Positions 54,559 to 64,000 of a DNA stretch of 64,000 nt are shown piece after piece. How positions within the stretch are numbered: the stretch's first letter is position 1; each line of letters begins with the position of its first letter. The notes beneath the pieces were generated by a model. That model saw nothing but the letters and a program-made list of their open reading frames with translations. It did not search any database and was not told the origin of the DNA. A program made the translations under genes and the position numbers. The stretch lies in contig JAYFMW010000003.1 in the NCBI GenBank assembly GCA_042408215.1, forward strand, positions 32,001 through 96,000, in the 5' to 3' direction. This DNA comes from Microcoleus sp. (lineage in GTDB: Bacteria; Cyanobacteriota; Cyanobacteriia; Cyanobacteriales; Microcoleaceae).

Positions 54559-55059
54559 TCACCAGCCCCAAGTTCCAACCCCTCCTTTAAACGGCCCGAC
54601 AAGATCCTTGGTAATCCAGCCACCGTAAAAATCGCCTGGTTGAGCCTGCACTAATTCCCCGTCCACATAACAGACATCCATCAGGCTCGGATAAAAAGCC
54701 ACATAATCTTGAATAGCCTCGAAAACTTGATTTGGATGGGGGTAAAACCAACCGGCATTCACCGCTTCCTTGTCCCCTACCCTCACAGTGCAATAGCCGG
54801 CTTTTCCCTTCCATTCGCACCACGACCCCTTGGAAGTTTTGTGCAAATATTGCATTTGGATGTCCTCGGGAGGGATATAGTAGGAGGGGGGGTGACTCGT
54901 CTCCAATACCCGCTGAGCCCGATTTGTGTCGGCAATGACAGTGCCATTGAAAATTATCTGTACGTGCTTGGTCGATACCTCAAGACGAGGCGGGCGCGGG
55001 TAATCCCAAACAGACTCTTGACCAGATCCTGGTTCAATGCGATCGCGGTTCACTTCCAC
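54559..55059 (-). CDS. DUF427 family protein
   Basis: ETSHPPSYYIP, CEWKGKA. Confidence 0.88.
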   Translation of the reverse strand: MEVNRDRIEPGSGQESVWDYPRPPRLEVSTKHVQIIFNGTVIADTNRAQRVLETSHPPSYYIPPEDIQMQYLHKTSKGSWCEWKGKAGYCTVRVGDKEAVNAGWFYPHPNQVFEAIQDYVAFYPSLMDVCYVDGELVQAQPGDFYGGWITKDLVGPFKGGVGTWGW

Positions 55060-55111
55060 TCGTCTCCTCTGTAAAAAACAATTTAGTGTCTGAACATCAC
55101 AATTTAATGTA

Positions 55112-56485
55112 CCGCTCTGAAAAACTTACCCAAAACCAGACAAACCCCGACAAACCGGAGATTAAATAGTTTTAGTGTTTTCTTCCTGCTTCTCACGGTC
55201 GGTAATCCGAGCCCATCCACAGGCAGAGCACCCGTAAGCTACGGGCTGTACAAGGAAAGTTTTAAAACTCTTAAACCTTCGTGTTTCAAATTAACGGCGG
55301 CATTTTCATCCCGAGCCTGAACATGACCGCAATTTTCACACTTATATATTCTATCAGCAAGAGTCAAATCTTGTTTATGTCCACAATTAGAACATGATTT
55401 AGAAGACGGATACCAGCGGTCAACTATTACTAAATGTGAACCATACAACTGGCATTTATATTCCAACTGTCTTCGGAATTCAAACAAACCTAAATCGGCT
55501 ATAGCGCGAAGCTCATTTAGGGTTTTTCAGCATCCCTTTGACGTTTAAATCTTCAATACAGATCGCATCAAAAGTTTTGGCCAGCCATGTAGTCAATTTG
55601 TGCAGATAGTCTTTTCTGATATTCGCAACGTGCGAATGAAACCGTCCTAATTTAATCTTTACAGACTGATAAGATGCGGTTCCTTTTTGCTGGCGACTAA
55701 GTGACCGAGATAATTTTCTAAGCCTTCCTAGCGCCGCTTTCAGAGGTTTTATATTAGGGATAACTTGACCATTGCTCAACGTAGCCAGTGATTTAATTCC
55801 CAGATCAACACCTACAACTTCGATTGGTTCTCTCATTGGCTGTGACGGTGTTTCTCTCTTGAAACTTACAAACCACTTATCTGCTTTTTTACTGATGGTG
55901 AAATTTTTGACTTTTCCCAAAGCCGGTAATTTCTCAAAAGTTCTGACCTTACCAATATTAGGAATCTGTACCCAAGTAGAACCCACAATTGTGGAACCAT
56001 CACAAGTAAAACTATCGTGAAATCCTTTCTTTTTGAAGTTGGGAAATCCCTTTTCTGGTTGTTTAAAGAAATTGTTTAAAGCATCTCTAACATGGCGTGT
56101 AGCATAATTATGACATCCTTTCGACACTTCATAAGTCCAAGGGTTTTCTGATTTTACCTCAGCCGTAAATCGCTTATTCAGATCTATGGCCGTTGGTAAT
56201 TTAATTTTGTTTTCTGGTTGAGCTTTATTATGTTGTAAGCTGGCAATTAAAACTTGAACTCCCCAATTATAAGCATATCTAGCTACCCCTGCTGATTTAG
56301 CCAGCAAAGTACGTTGTTTATTGTTGGGGTTAAGTTCGGTTTTAAAACCCAGCAGCATTTTACGAACTGTCAAAACGAATGGTAATATCAGTTTAACGCT
56401 TGTATTATGGTTTGTCAATCAACTATAAATGTGTTCTCGTAGCTGGGTCGGAAAAAGTCCAGAATGTCTGGGTAATTTACGTCCT
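55112..56485 (-). mobile_element. IS607-type element lacking tnpA, with a disrupted tnpB
   Basis: Right end TTTGTC repeats...TAAGTTTTTCAGAGCGG; left boundary approximate. Confidence 0.7.
55239..56358 (-). pseudogene. tnpB: tnpB (IS607-type) with a stop and frameshift at ~55505-55515
   Basis: MLLGFKTELNPNNKQ, GVDLG, IEDL, then TGA plus one extra base before RAIADLGLFEFRRQLEYK; Zn finger, RDENAA. Confidence 0.85.
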
Positions 56486-56742
56486 GGACAATACCCTATG
56501 CCCTATGCCCTATGCCCAATCCCCAAGCGTACCTCATTAAACAGAGAAGGGTTAGGACGTTTTGAATTGCTGAAACCATTGATTTTATTGCTTCTTCCTT
56601 CTTCCTTCTTCCTTCAGCATCTGCTATACCACCTTAATTTGGCTACCAACTCAAGTTTCCACCTTAGTTTTGGGAGAATTTGCTCAAAAGTGGCGGACGA
56701 CTGCTGTACCCCAAGACAGGAATTTGCGACTGATAGATGTCT

Positions 56743-58099
56743 TTGACACTCCTCGGCCTGAAGGCACGAGGATTCTTGGTTCAGTCAGTCGGCTTGCCCG
56801 TTGATGTTACCACCAGCGAGTAGAGGTCGGTCTGTCCCCAAGCGTTAATTCCGGTGTGCCCCACCGTATTTAAATTAATTCCAGCACGGGCTTTCAATCC
56901 TTTCGCCAAAATATTCAAAGCTGCATTATGATCGCGATCTAAAACTGTACCACAACTGCAAACATGAGTCCTAACTGAAAGCGATTTCTTAACACGATTC
57001 CCACAACTTGAACAATCTTGGGAAGTGTACTGAGGAGCAACAGCAATTACCGTTTTACCGTACACTTTCCCAAAATATTGCAACCATTGGGCAAACTGTG
57101 ACCACGCTGCATCACTAATTGATTTAGCAAGCTTATGGTTTTTCACCATATTTCTCACTTGCAGATTTTCGTAAGCTACGAAATCGCTAGATTTCACTAC
57201 GCACAACGCCGTCTTAATGGCGAAGTCTTTGCGCTGCCTACTGACTTTCAAATGTTTTCTACCTAACTTATTGATAGCTTTCTTACGATTGCCCGAACCT
57301 TTCTTTTTCCGAGAAACTCGTTTCTGTAATCGCTTTAAAGCTTTTTCACTTTTACGCAAATGTCGAGGATTAGGAACTGTTTCTCCGGTGCTATCAGTGT
57401 AGAAATGGTTTAAACCTACATCCAACCCTACGGCTTTGCCAGTAGGAATTGTTTCCTCTGTCCGTTCCACGTCGATACAAAACTGAGCGTAGTAGCCATC
57501 GGCACGACGGATTACTCTGATTCGTTTGATTTCACCAGGTGCATAGAAGTGCAAATCTCGACTACCAAGTAGCCTAAATGTTCCAGCGGCAAAATCATCC
57601 GTGAAAGTTAGACATCTTTTGTCGACAGAAAGCTGACAACCTGAAGTCTTATATTCTACAGAACGGGTGTGTTTCTTAAACTGCGGGTATCCCTTTTTCC
57701 CTGGCTTCTTAGCCTTACAATTCGAGAAAAAACGTTGGATCGCAAAAATGGCACGTTCCGCCGAAGCTTGACGTGCCATTGAGTTAAGTTTTCCTGCCCA
57801 TTCAAACTCTTTAGCCATGATGGCGCATTGTTTGTATAGATCGACCAACTTAACTCCTTGATGATCGATCCAATATCTAAGAGTTTTGTTTCGGACAAAT
57901 TGAGCTGTGCGGATCATTTCGTCGATCATCCGATATTGCTGCGCTTTGCCCTTTAACTTAAACTCTAGTACAATCATGCCATTATTCTATCATTTTTACA
58001 AAGCACTGTGTTTAAAAAGTGCGTAGGTTTAATAATTATTTACACTTTATAGAAATTAAAGCCGTCCTAGAAGGACGGGGCTTTAGACCCATTGTCTTG
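56743..58099 (-). mobile_element. IS605/IS1341-type element (tnpB only)
   Basis: Inserted 3' of TTAC; left hairpin AAAGCCCCGTCC..GGACGGCTTT; right end AGAATCCTCG..CGAGGAGTGTCAA. Confidence 0.88.
56781..57977 (-). CDS. tnpB: RNA-guided endonuclease TnpB, apparently intact
   Basis: GLDVG, YENL, CSSC..CSC, DRDHNAA. Confidence 0.93.
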   Translation of the reverse strand: MIVLEFKLKGKAQQYRMIDEMIRTAQFVRNKTLRYWIDHQGVKLVDLYKQCAIMAKEFEWAGKLNSMARQASAERAIFAIQRFFSNCKAKKPGKKGYPQFKKHTRSVEYKTSGCQLSVDKRCLTFTDDFAAGTFRLLGSRDLHFYAPGEIKRIRVIRRADGYYAQFCIDVERTEETIPTGKAVGLDVGLNHFYTDSTGETVPNPRHLRKSEKALKRLQKRVSRKKKGSGNRKKAINKLGRKHLKVSRQRKDFAIKTALCVVKSSDFVAYENLQVRNMVKNHKLAKSISDAAWSQFAQWLQYFGKVYGKTVIAVAPQYTSQDCSSCGNRVKKSLSVRTHVCSCGTVLDRDHNAALNILAKGLKARAGINLNTVGHTGINAWGQTDLYSLVVTSTGKPTD

Positions 58100-58622
58100 G
58101 TAAATTCGATCGGGCTACGCCCAACCAAAATCAGGATTGAGATTGGCTACAAGGCCAAATTTCAGCGGCAATTCCATCGGAGTTTTTTCACAAGTGGTCG
58201 AGAATTAACCACGACAGCAAATAACAGAAATTCAGACATCAGACATCGGACAGCCCGACAGGGATAGATACGGATATACAGATTAATGTTTTTATTTGTT
58301 CCTATTGACTGATGACTAACGACCAACCAATGACTAATGACCAATGACTAATGACCAATGACCGAAAGCATCCAGGGTACAAGCCCCCGGATTCATCCGT
58401 GCGGTCAATTCTTCAATTCTTCAATTCTTCAATCAATTGACCCATCTTTGACACCAAGAGAATTATCTGGTAAAGTTATACCCAATATCAACCCTTTTTA
58501 ACGAAGAGCGAAAATCTATTGGCCGTTTAGAGTTTGTACAAGTGCCAAATATAGCGCCTGTACTCAAGTCACCCGCGATCGAATATTTAAAACAGAGCGG
58601 GAAGCCTGTAAAAATTACATCT

Positions 58623-60512
58623 ATGGAAATCCCCTTTAATATCACCTTGTTGATGGTCATGACCGTCACCTGCGGCATCAGTGCTCAAGTTCTGGCCGCT
58701 TACTTAAAAGTTCCTGCGATCGTATTTTTGCTGCTGTTCGGCATTTTAGCAGGCCCAGACTGTTTAGGTTTGCTGCACCCCAATCTGCTGGGTAGCGGTT
58801 TAGAAGTTATGGTCTCCCTTTCCGTAGCGTTAATTCTGTTTGAAGGTGGGTTGAATTTGGAATTGCGGGATTTAGGGCGCATTTCCGGGAGTATCCGCAA
58901 TTTAGTCACCGTAGGTACTTTAATTACCCTCATAGGTGGCGGAATGGCCGCACACTGGCTGGGAGAATTTCCCTGGCCGATCGCCTTTCTCTATGCTTCT
59001 CTAGTAGTCGTCACCGGCCCGACAGTCATCGGTCCTTTGCTCAAACAGGTTTCTGTGGACAAACAAGTAGCCACTTTGCTAGAAGCCGAAGGCGTTTTAA
59101 TCGATCCTGTCGGGGCAATTCTGGCAGTATTGGTACTGAACATTGTTTTAAACGGCAATACAGACTTGCTGGTTTTGTTCCGAGATTTAATGGTACGGCT
59201 AGGAGTTGGCGCTGTCATCGGAGTTGCGGGAGGTTGGCTGCTAGGATTCATTCTCAAGCGATCGCAATTTCTGTCAGAAGACCTCAAAAACCTAGTAGTA
59301 TTAGCAGGTTTGTGGGGATTATTCGGCCTAGCAGAAGAACTCCGCAGCGAATCGGGACTGATGGCAACCGTACTCTCAGGAATCGTCCTCAGAGCCGCCT
59401 CAGTCCCAGAAGAACGGCTGCTAAGGAGGTTTAAAGGTCAACTCACAGTCCTGGCTATCTCCGTGCTGTTCGTGTTGCTGGCTGCCGATTTATCCCTCGC
59501 TAGTGTAGTTGCGCTTGGCTGGGGAAGCGTGTTCACAGTTTTAGCATTAATGTGGGTAGTGCGGCCGATTAACGTTTGGCTGTGTACGCAGGGAAGTGGG
59601 CTGAATTGGCGACAGAAGTTATTTGCTTGCTGGGTAGCGCCGAGAGGAATTGTCTCAGCTTCGATCGCATCTTTATTTGCCATTTTGCTCACCCAGCGAG
59701 GAATCAACGGTGGCGACTCCATCAAAGCCTTAGTTTTCCTGACAATTATCATCACAGTTTTCGTCCAAGGACTAACAGCCGGACGCATAGCTCAACTATT
59801 AGGAGTCACATCCAAATCAGCCACCGGCGCTGCCATTGTCGGGTCAAATCCTTTAAGCCGATTGATTGCTCGCTTGTTTCAAGAGCGTGGCGAATCAGTG
59901 GCAATTATCGACACCAACCCAGAAGCTTGCGAACAAGCAGAAAAGGAGGGTTTGCGAGTATTTTTGAGCAGCGCCCTCGACCATAGCGTTTTGGAAGCAG
60001 CCGGACTTGACTCAATGGGAACTTTTTTGGCAATGACTAACAACGGTGAGGTAAACTTAGTATTAGCTCAGCGAGCGGCTGAGGAATTTGCACCGCCCAA
60101 GGTTTTGGCAATATTTCCCAAAGATCCGCAAGGGAGTACCGCTGCAAATAACACTAAGATCGATCAAGCCTTTGTTTCCGATTTGTCGCTGAAGGATTGG
60201 AACGAATATCTGAGCGACCAAGAAGTGAAACTGGGAGAAACTGAGTTAAAAAGTTCGGGATGGGAGTTTCAGGCGGCTCACTTGCAAGCCTTGATTCGAT
60301 CCGGGGAATTAGTACCACTGTTGCTCGAAAGACAGGGATATTTGCAGGTGATGTCGGCGACAGAAACTTGGCAAGCGGGTGATATAATTATTTATTTGCT
60401 GCACGATCCGACACCGAAATTGTTAAAAAGATTGTCTGGTTCGTCTCACTCTCGCTTGACTTTAGAAAAACATCCCGTAGTAGAAGAAGTACCGATTCCT
60501 TCTCCTGTTTGA
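58623..60512 (+). CDS. NhaP-type cation:proton antiporter with a TrkA-N domain
   Basis: Multiple TM helices, TGPTVI, EGVLIDP, PRGIV. Confidence 0.9.
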   Translation: MEIPFNITLLMVMTVTCGISAQVLAAYLKVPAIVFLLLFGILAGPDCLGLLHPNLLGSGLEVMVSLSVALILFEGGLNLELRDLGRISGSIRNLVTVGTLITLIGGGMAAHWLGEFPWPIAFLYASLVVVTGPTVIGPLLKQVSVDKQVATLLEAEGVLIDPVGAILAVLVLNIVLNGNTDLLVLFRDLMVRLGVGAVIGVAGGWLLGFILKRSQFLSEDLKNLVVLAGLWGLFGLAEELRSESGLMATVLSGIVLRAASVPEERLLRRFKGQLTVLAISVLFVLLAADLSLASVVALGWGSVFTVLALMWVVRPINVWLCTQGSGLNWRQKLFACWVAPRGIVSASIASLFAILLTQRGINGGDSIKALVFLTIIITVFVQGLTAGRIAQLLGVTSKSATGAAIVGSNPLSRLIARLFQERGESVAIIDTNPEACEQAEKEGLRVFLSSALDHSVLEAAGLDSMGTFLAMTNNGEVNLVLAQRAAEEFAPPKVLAIFPKDPQGSTAANNTKIDQAFVSDLSLKDWNEYLSDQEVKLGETELKSSGWEFQAAHLQALIRSGELVPLLLERQGYLQVMSATETWQAGDIIIYLLHDPTPKLLKRLSGSSHSRLTLEKHPVVEEVPIPSPV

Positions 60513-60652
60513 GAGAAAATTTTGGAGGTAGCTATAATCGAGAAGGAAGCAGAAGTTTTGCAACCGCCTGTTTCGCGGTATTCAAAATTATAGCTGGATT
60601 CAGGATTCAGGAGTAGGATGCTTAACTATTAAGGGTTTCAGCCATTAATCTC

Positions 60653-60814
60653 CTAACACGAGGGACTGCTATAAACCATTCCTGCAATCAATGCAGCTTT
60701 TTTAACTTCCGTCATAGCATTGTAGCGGCGCTCGAATTCAGCGCGACTCAGGCGATCGCCATTTTCCAAAGGCAGTATAGTTAAAGGAGGATTGAGGAAT
60801 TTTTGACTTGTCAT
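60653..60814 (-). pseudogene. Truncated Uma2-family endonuclease
   Basis: [16 protein letters not shown]...[11 protein letters not shown], then an early stop. Confidence 0.75.
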
Positions 60815-60985
60815 GATTATAGTTAGAGTTGGCGATCGAAAATTAAGTTTTAACATAAATATAGCGTTCCCTTCAGGAGATGCGATCGCCCTTTCTTCTC
60901 TCTCTGTGCCCTCTGCGCCCTCTGCGGTTCCTAAAAAAAATCTCCTAGATTAATAGAGGAAATAACAACCGACTTAAGATTAAAC

Positions 60986-61852
60986 TCAATGCAAATACCC
61001 AATCCAAGCCAGCAAAACATCCAGCGAACCATACCACTTTCCCAGAGAACGAGGCGAATGCCAAACTCCCTCCAAAACCAAATTTTCGACACCCTCCAAA
61101 TGAGCCACTTCTATCGGCGTAATTCCATCTCCCCAAGTCTCCCCCTTACCGACAGTCAACTCATAACTTCTGTAAGCCAGCCAAGTCCCAAAACTGCCCT
61201 TGCCAAAAACAACCTTCCCAGCAGCGCCAACCTAGGGAACCTACGGGCGAAAAGCCCCCGAATCGTGAATTTTGACAAAATCTAGATTTTGGCGCGTCCA
61301 TCGCTCTCTCAAGAGGTGCTGCTTGCCTAAAGTGATTCAAGTATAGACGGTCGGGTGTTCCACAAACCAACATCCTCAAGCACGTCGCCGTGAATGGTGT
61401 AGGGTTTTTCTCCCAAATAGATGGGAGAAATCGAGCCGCCGGCGGAATGACTGATGGGATTAATCTGAGAGACACCAGATTGCTTTGACATACTCCTCTG
61501 GCTAAAGCCTAGAGGATTCTAGGGTCAAACAGCGATCGCAGGCGCAGCCCGTCTTACATCACCTAACCTAACGGTCGATGCCCCGACAACGTATGATTTA
61601 TACCATAGCTTCTTATGCCCTAAAGGGCAAGGCTTTAAACCCATTATTTTTTGGTAATATTTGTTTGATAGTGCGATCGAGCAAGCGCAAAATTAGCACC
61701 ATCGACCACCCACCCAAAGTCGGCAACCAATCTCCCTTGCTCAGTGGTACTTTTACAGTTGGGAAACCGCGATCGACCAGAGATTTTTCTAATTCCCGGT
61801 AGTCGGAAGCAGCGGCCAAATATCCTGGTAAAATCACAGTTGGCAATGGCAC
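60986..61852 (-). pseudogene. Alpha/beta-hydrolase (esterase/lipase) interrupted by a mini-IS and decayed
   Basis: MPLPTVILPGY...; after removing the insert: QINPISHSAGG...YLGEKPY, further stops/shifts, ...GDGITPIEVAHLEG...WHSP. Confidence 0.8.
61485..61653 (-). mobile_element. 169-bp non-autonomous IS605-type mini-element
   Basis: Begins after TTAC, ends in TCAA, hairpins at both ends; removing it restores the host reading frame (TTA C|AG CAA). Confidence 0.85.
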
Positions 61853-62024
61853 GATCTATTTTTGATTTGAGATTAGAGATTTGAGATTATTGAATTGGTG
61901 ACGGAGGATGCTAGGATATATTTTTCACGTTCAAAAACGCTTGCAAAAGCATCCTTTGGATTACTAACAGTGCCTCATCTCACTGCCACTTGTTAAACCT
62001 TTTGGTTGGGGAATATCTACTTCT

Positions 62025-62504
62025 ATGGCTCGCGAGCCCATTCAAACATGGTATTTTACCCTGGTTGTCGTTCACTTAGAAAACCGTTTTCTACTGGTAC
62101 AAGAGCGCAAGTACGAGCAGCAGTGGTATCTCCCAGCAGGGCGAGTGGAAAAAGGGGAGACTTTGCTCGAATCTGCTCAACGCAATACGATCGAGGAAGG
62201 GGGCATTTCCGTCATCATTGAAGGAATTCTCAGGGTAGAGCATACGGTGATGCCTAGGGGCAATGTGCGCCTCAGAGTGATATTTGTGGCTCGTCCCGAA
62301 GATCATACGCCACCGAAGAGCAAGCCGGACGAGCATACTTTGTGTGCTGGCTGGTATTCTCTCAAAGAATTAGACCAGTTGTCGCTGCGGGGCGAGGAAG
62401 TTCGGGAAATCTTTCAATATATGGTCAGTGGTGCTCCAATTTATCCGATCGACTTGCTCAGTATTGAGGGAGCACCTTTTAAAACTTACCGATATCGGTG
62501 GTAA
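62025..62504 (+). CDS. NUDIX hydrolase
   Basis: LPAGRVEKGETLLESAQRNTIEEGG, a variant Nudix box. Confidence 0.88.
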   Translation: MAREPIQTWYFTLVVVHLENRFLLVQERKYEQQWYLPAGRVEKGETLLESAQRNTIEEGGISVIIEGILRVEHTVMPRGNVRLRVIFVARPEDHTPPKSKPDEHTLCAGWYSLKELDQLSLRGEEVREIFQYMVSGAPIYPIDLLSIEGAPFKTYRYRW

Positions 62505-62598
62505 GCCAAACAATTTTGGATTTTGGATTTTGGATTTTGGATTGGAGAATTGAAGAATTGCTCCCACGGATGAATCCGGGGGCCCGAACTAAATTGCT

Positions 62599-62650
62599 TA
62601 GGACTTACGCATGGGGGCCGAGAGTTTCTTTGGTTAGTGCGTAAGTCCTG
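62599..62650. repeat. Very small inverted-repeat element
   Basis: AGGACTTACGCA...TGCGTAAGTCCT. Confidence 0.6.
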
Positions 62651-62819
62651 TCGCTCTCCGTAACCGAATTGGAAACAGCCCTCGATCGCACCGATCATCG
62701 GTGTTTAATCAATTAATTCAGTTGGCCAACCTGGAAAAGACGGTATTGCGGGGGCTGGTTTGCGATCGGGCGCTGGCGTTCGAGTGATTTTGAGTGCGAT
62801 CGTGCTATACTTATAGCTG

Positions 62820-63047
62820 GTAAAAGTATAGTCATCTATTACAGTGCCATGGGAGGCGTTGAGTCCCTCCCCTTTCGCTTTCACTTCGAGCGGATTAACC
62901 CGCCTCGGCTGAACTACGCAGCTCTCTATCCCATCGCTAAACGCATTTGGGATTGCTTTTCTCAAAATATTGTAAGACCCATTAACATCGGCGTTAATCA
63001 ATCGACCCTTCTGACTATATGATACTACCATTGTCTATTGATGCTTA
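62820..63047 (-). mobile_element. Internally deleted tnpB element (3' end only)
   Basis: GRLINADVNGSYNILRKAIPNAF, a TnpB C-terminal motif; boundaries approximate. Confidence 0.7.
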
Positions 63048-63190
63048 CAATCTTAATGAAGTTTTACAATACCTTTAAATAAATTGCCAAATTTTTACTT
63101 TTCACCCGCTCCCAATAAAAAAATATCGGTAACAAATCACTAATCACCAATAACCAATAACCAATAACCAATAACTAATTCCCGATCGTC

Positions 63191-64000
63191 ATGACTGACT
63201 CTTATTCCCTAGCCAACACCCTTTCCGAACCGCTGCGCCAGCCATTTTGGTGGGCAGCCCTAGCTTCTATCGGCCTTCACGGAGCGCTCGGAGTCGGCGC
63301 CCCTACGATCTCAAATTTCATTTATGGTGGAAATTCATCAAAAAATCTGCCCGGTTCAGTCGGGTTAATCGAGCTAACTCCCGCAGAAGTCAGCCGCCTG
63401 CCACAAACAATACCACCGCGGCCGACAAATTCGCGATTTTCGATCGCACCCGTTCCCCTTTCACCCATTCCCAAGTTAGCCCCGCCCTTGCCGCCGGAAC
63501 CTTCAGTAATTAACTTACCCGCCTTACCGCCGGGAATGCCACCTCCAGGATTCTTTTCCCCTCTCCCTCTCCCATCCCCCTCATTCACAGCCCCGCCACC
63601 TCCGAACACTCCATCCCTAACTCTCGAAACTCCTGCTCCGAAAATACAGACTATCATCCCGCAAGTGCCGAATTCCGGTGTGATTTTTCCGCCGCTACCC
63701 GGTAATTTCGATCGCAATATCCCACCACCGCCACCATCGCCATCGCTGACGGAATCGCCCCAACTTCCCGGCCCAGTTACCGAAGATGAGGGGGAGACAC
63801 TCAAAAAGATCATCACCAGTAGAGGCGGATTGCCACTATTTCCAGACGGTGCTCCAGTCTTTACCCCTCAGTTCCCCATAGGCGGCACGAATTCTGGACC
63901 CGATGGAGTACCAAAATTAACTCAAAAAGATCCGAATAAAAGAAATCTAATCGCAGAAACTCCCGAAGAAAGAGCGAGGAGGCAACAATTTGATCGGAAT
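63191..64000 (+). CDS. Proline-rich membrane-anchored protein, TonB-like N-terminus (3'-partial)
   Basis: Manual translation MTDSYSLANTLSEPLRQPFWWAALASIGLHGALG...; Pro-rich; apparently open to the window end. Confidence 0.65.
   Translation, partial: MTDSYSLANTLSEPLRQPFWWAALASIGLHGALGVGAPTISNFIYGGNSSKNLPGSVGLIELTPAEVSRLPQTIPPRPTNSRFSIAPVPLSPIPKLAPPLPPEPSVINLPALPPGMPPPGFFSPLPLPSPSFTAPPPPNTPSLTLETPAPKIQTIIPQVPNSGVIFPPLPGNFDRNIPPPPPSPSLTESPQLPGPVTEDEGETLKKIITSRGGLPLFPDGAPVFTPQFPIGGTNSGPDGVPKLTQKDPNKRNLIAETPEERARRQQFDRN

Noticed and set aside
63322..63816. Gly-rich minus-strand ORF
   Set aside because: It is the antisense shadow of the Pro-rich plus-strand gene starting at 63191.
1..64000. tRNA, rRNA or prophage genes
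   Set aside because: None recognised.

Overview
A 64-kb chromosomal window from a filamentous cyanobacterium (Oscillatoriales/Microcoleus-like, inferred from dense HIP1 GCGATCGC sites, heptamer STRR repeats, split rpoC1/rpoC2, chlP, hli and NTRC). The core genes are cruA-like, chlP, hisD, rpsT-tatD-rpoB-rpoC1-rpoC2, a gyrA/parC paralogue, sigA, ntrC, transporters and regulators. The accessory DNA includes: (1) a ~6-kb island of small toxin-antitoxin-type cassettes separated by paired-HIP1 palindromes, several with the toxin broken; (2) many IS200/IS605/IS607 (OMEGA) elements, namely an intact IscB inserted between the RBS and ATG of an ATPase gene, an ORF-less omegaRNA, intact and broken tnpB genes, and nested ORF-less elements upstream of rpsT that appear to carry unexplained structured RNAs; (3) a 15-repeat TPR gene varying almost only at codon positions 1-2; (4) nested MITEs, an 86-bp tandem array, an HNH relic inside the rpo cluster and a recent hli duplication. 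All calls come from reading the sequence and from family knowledge; no searches or folding programs were run.
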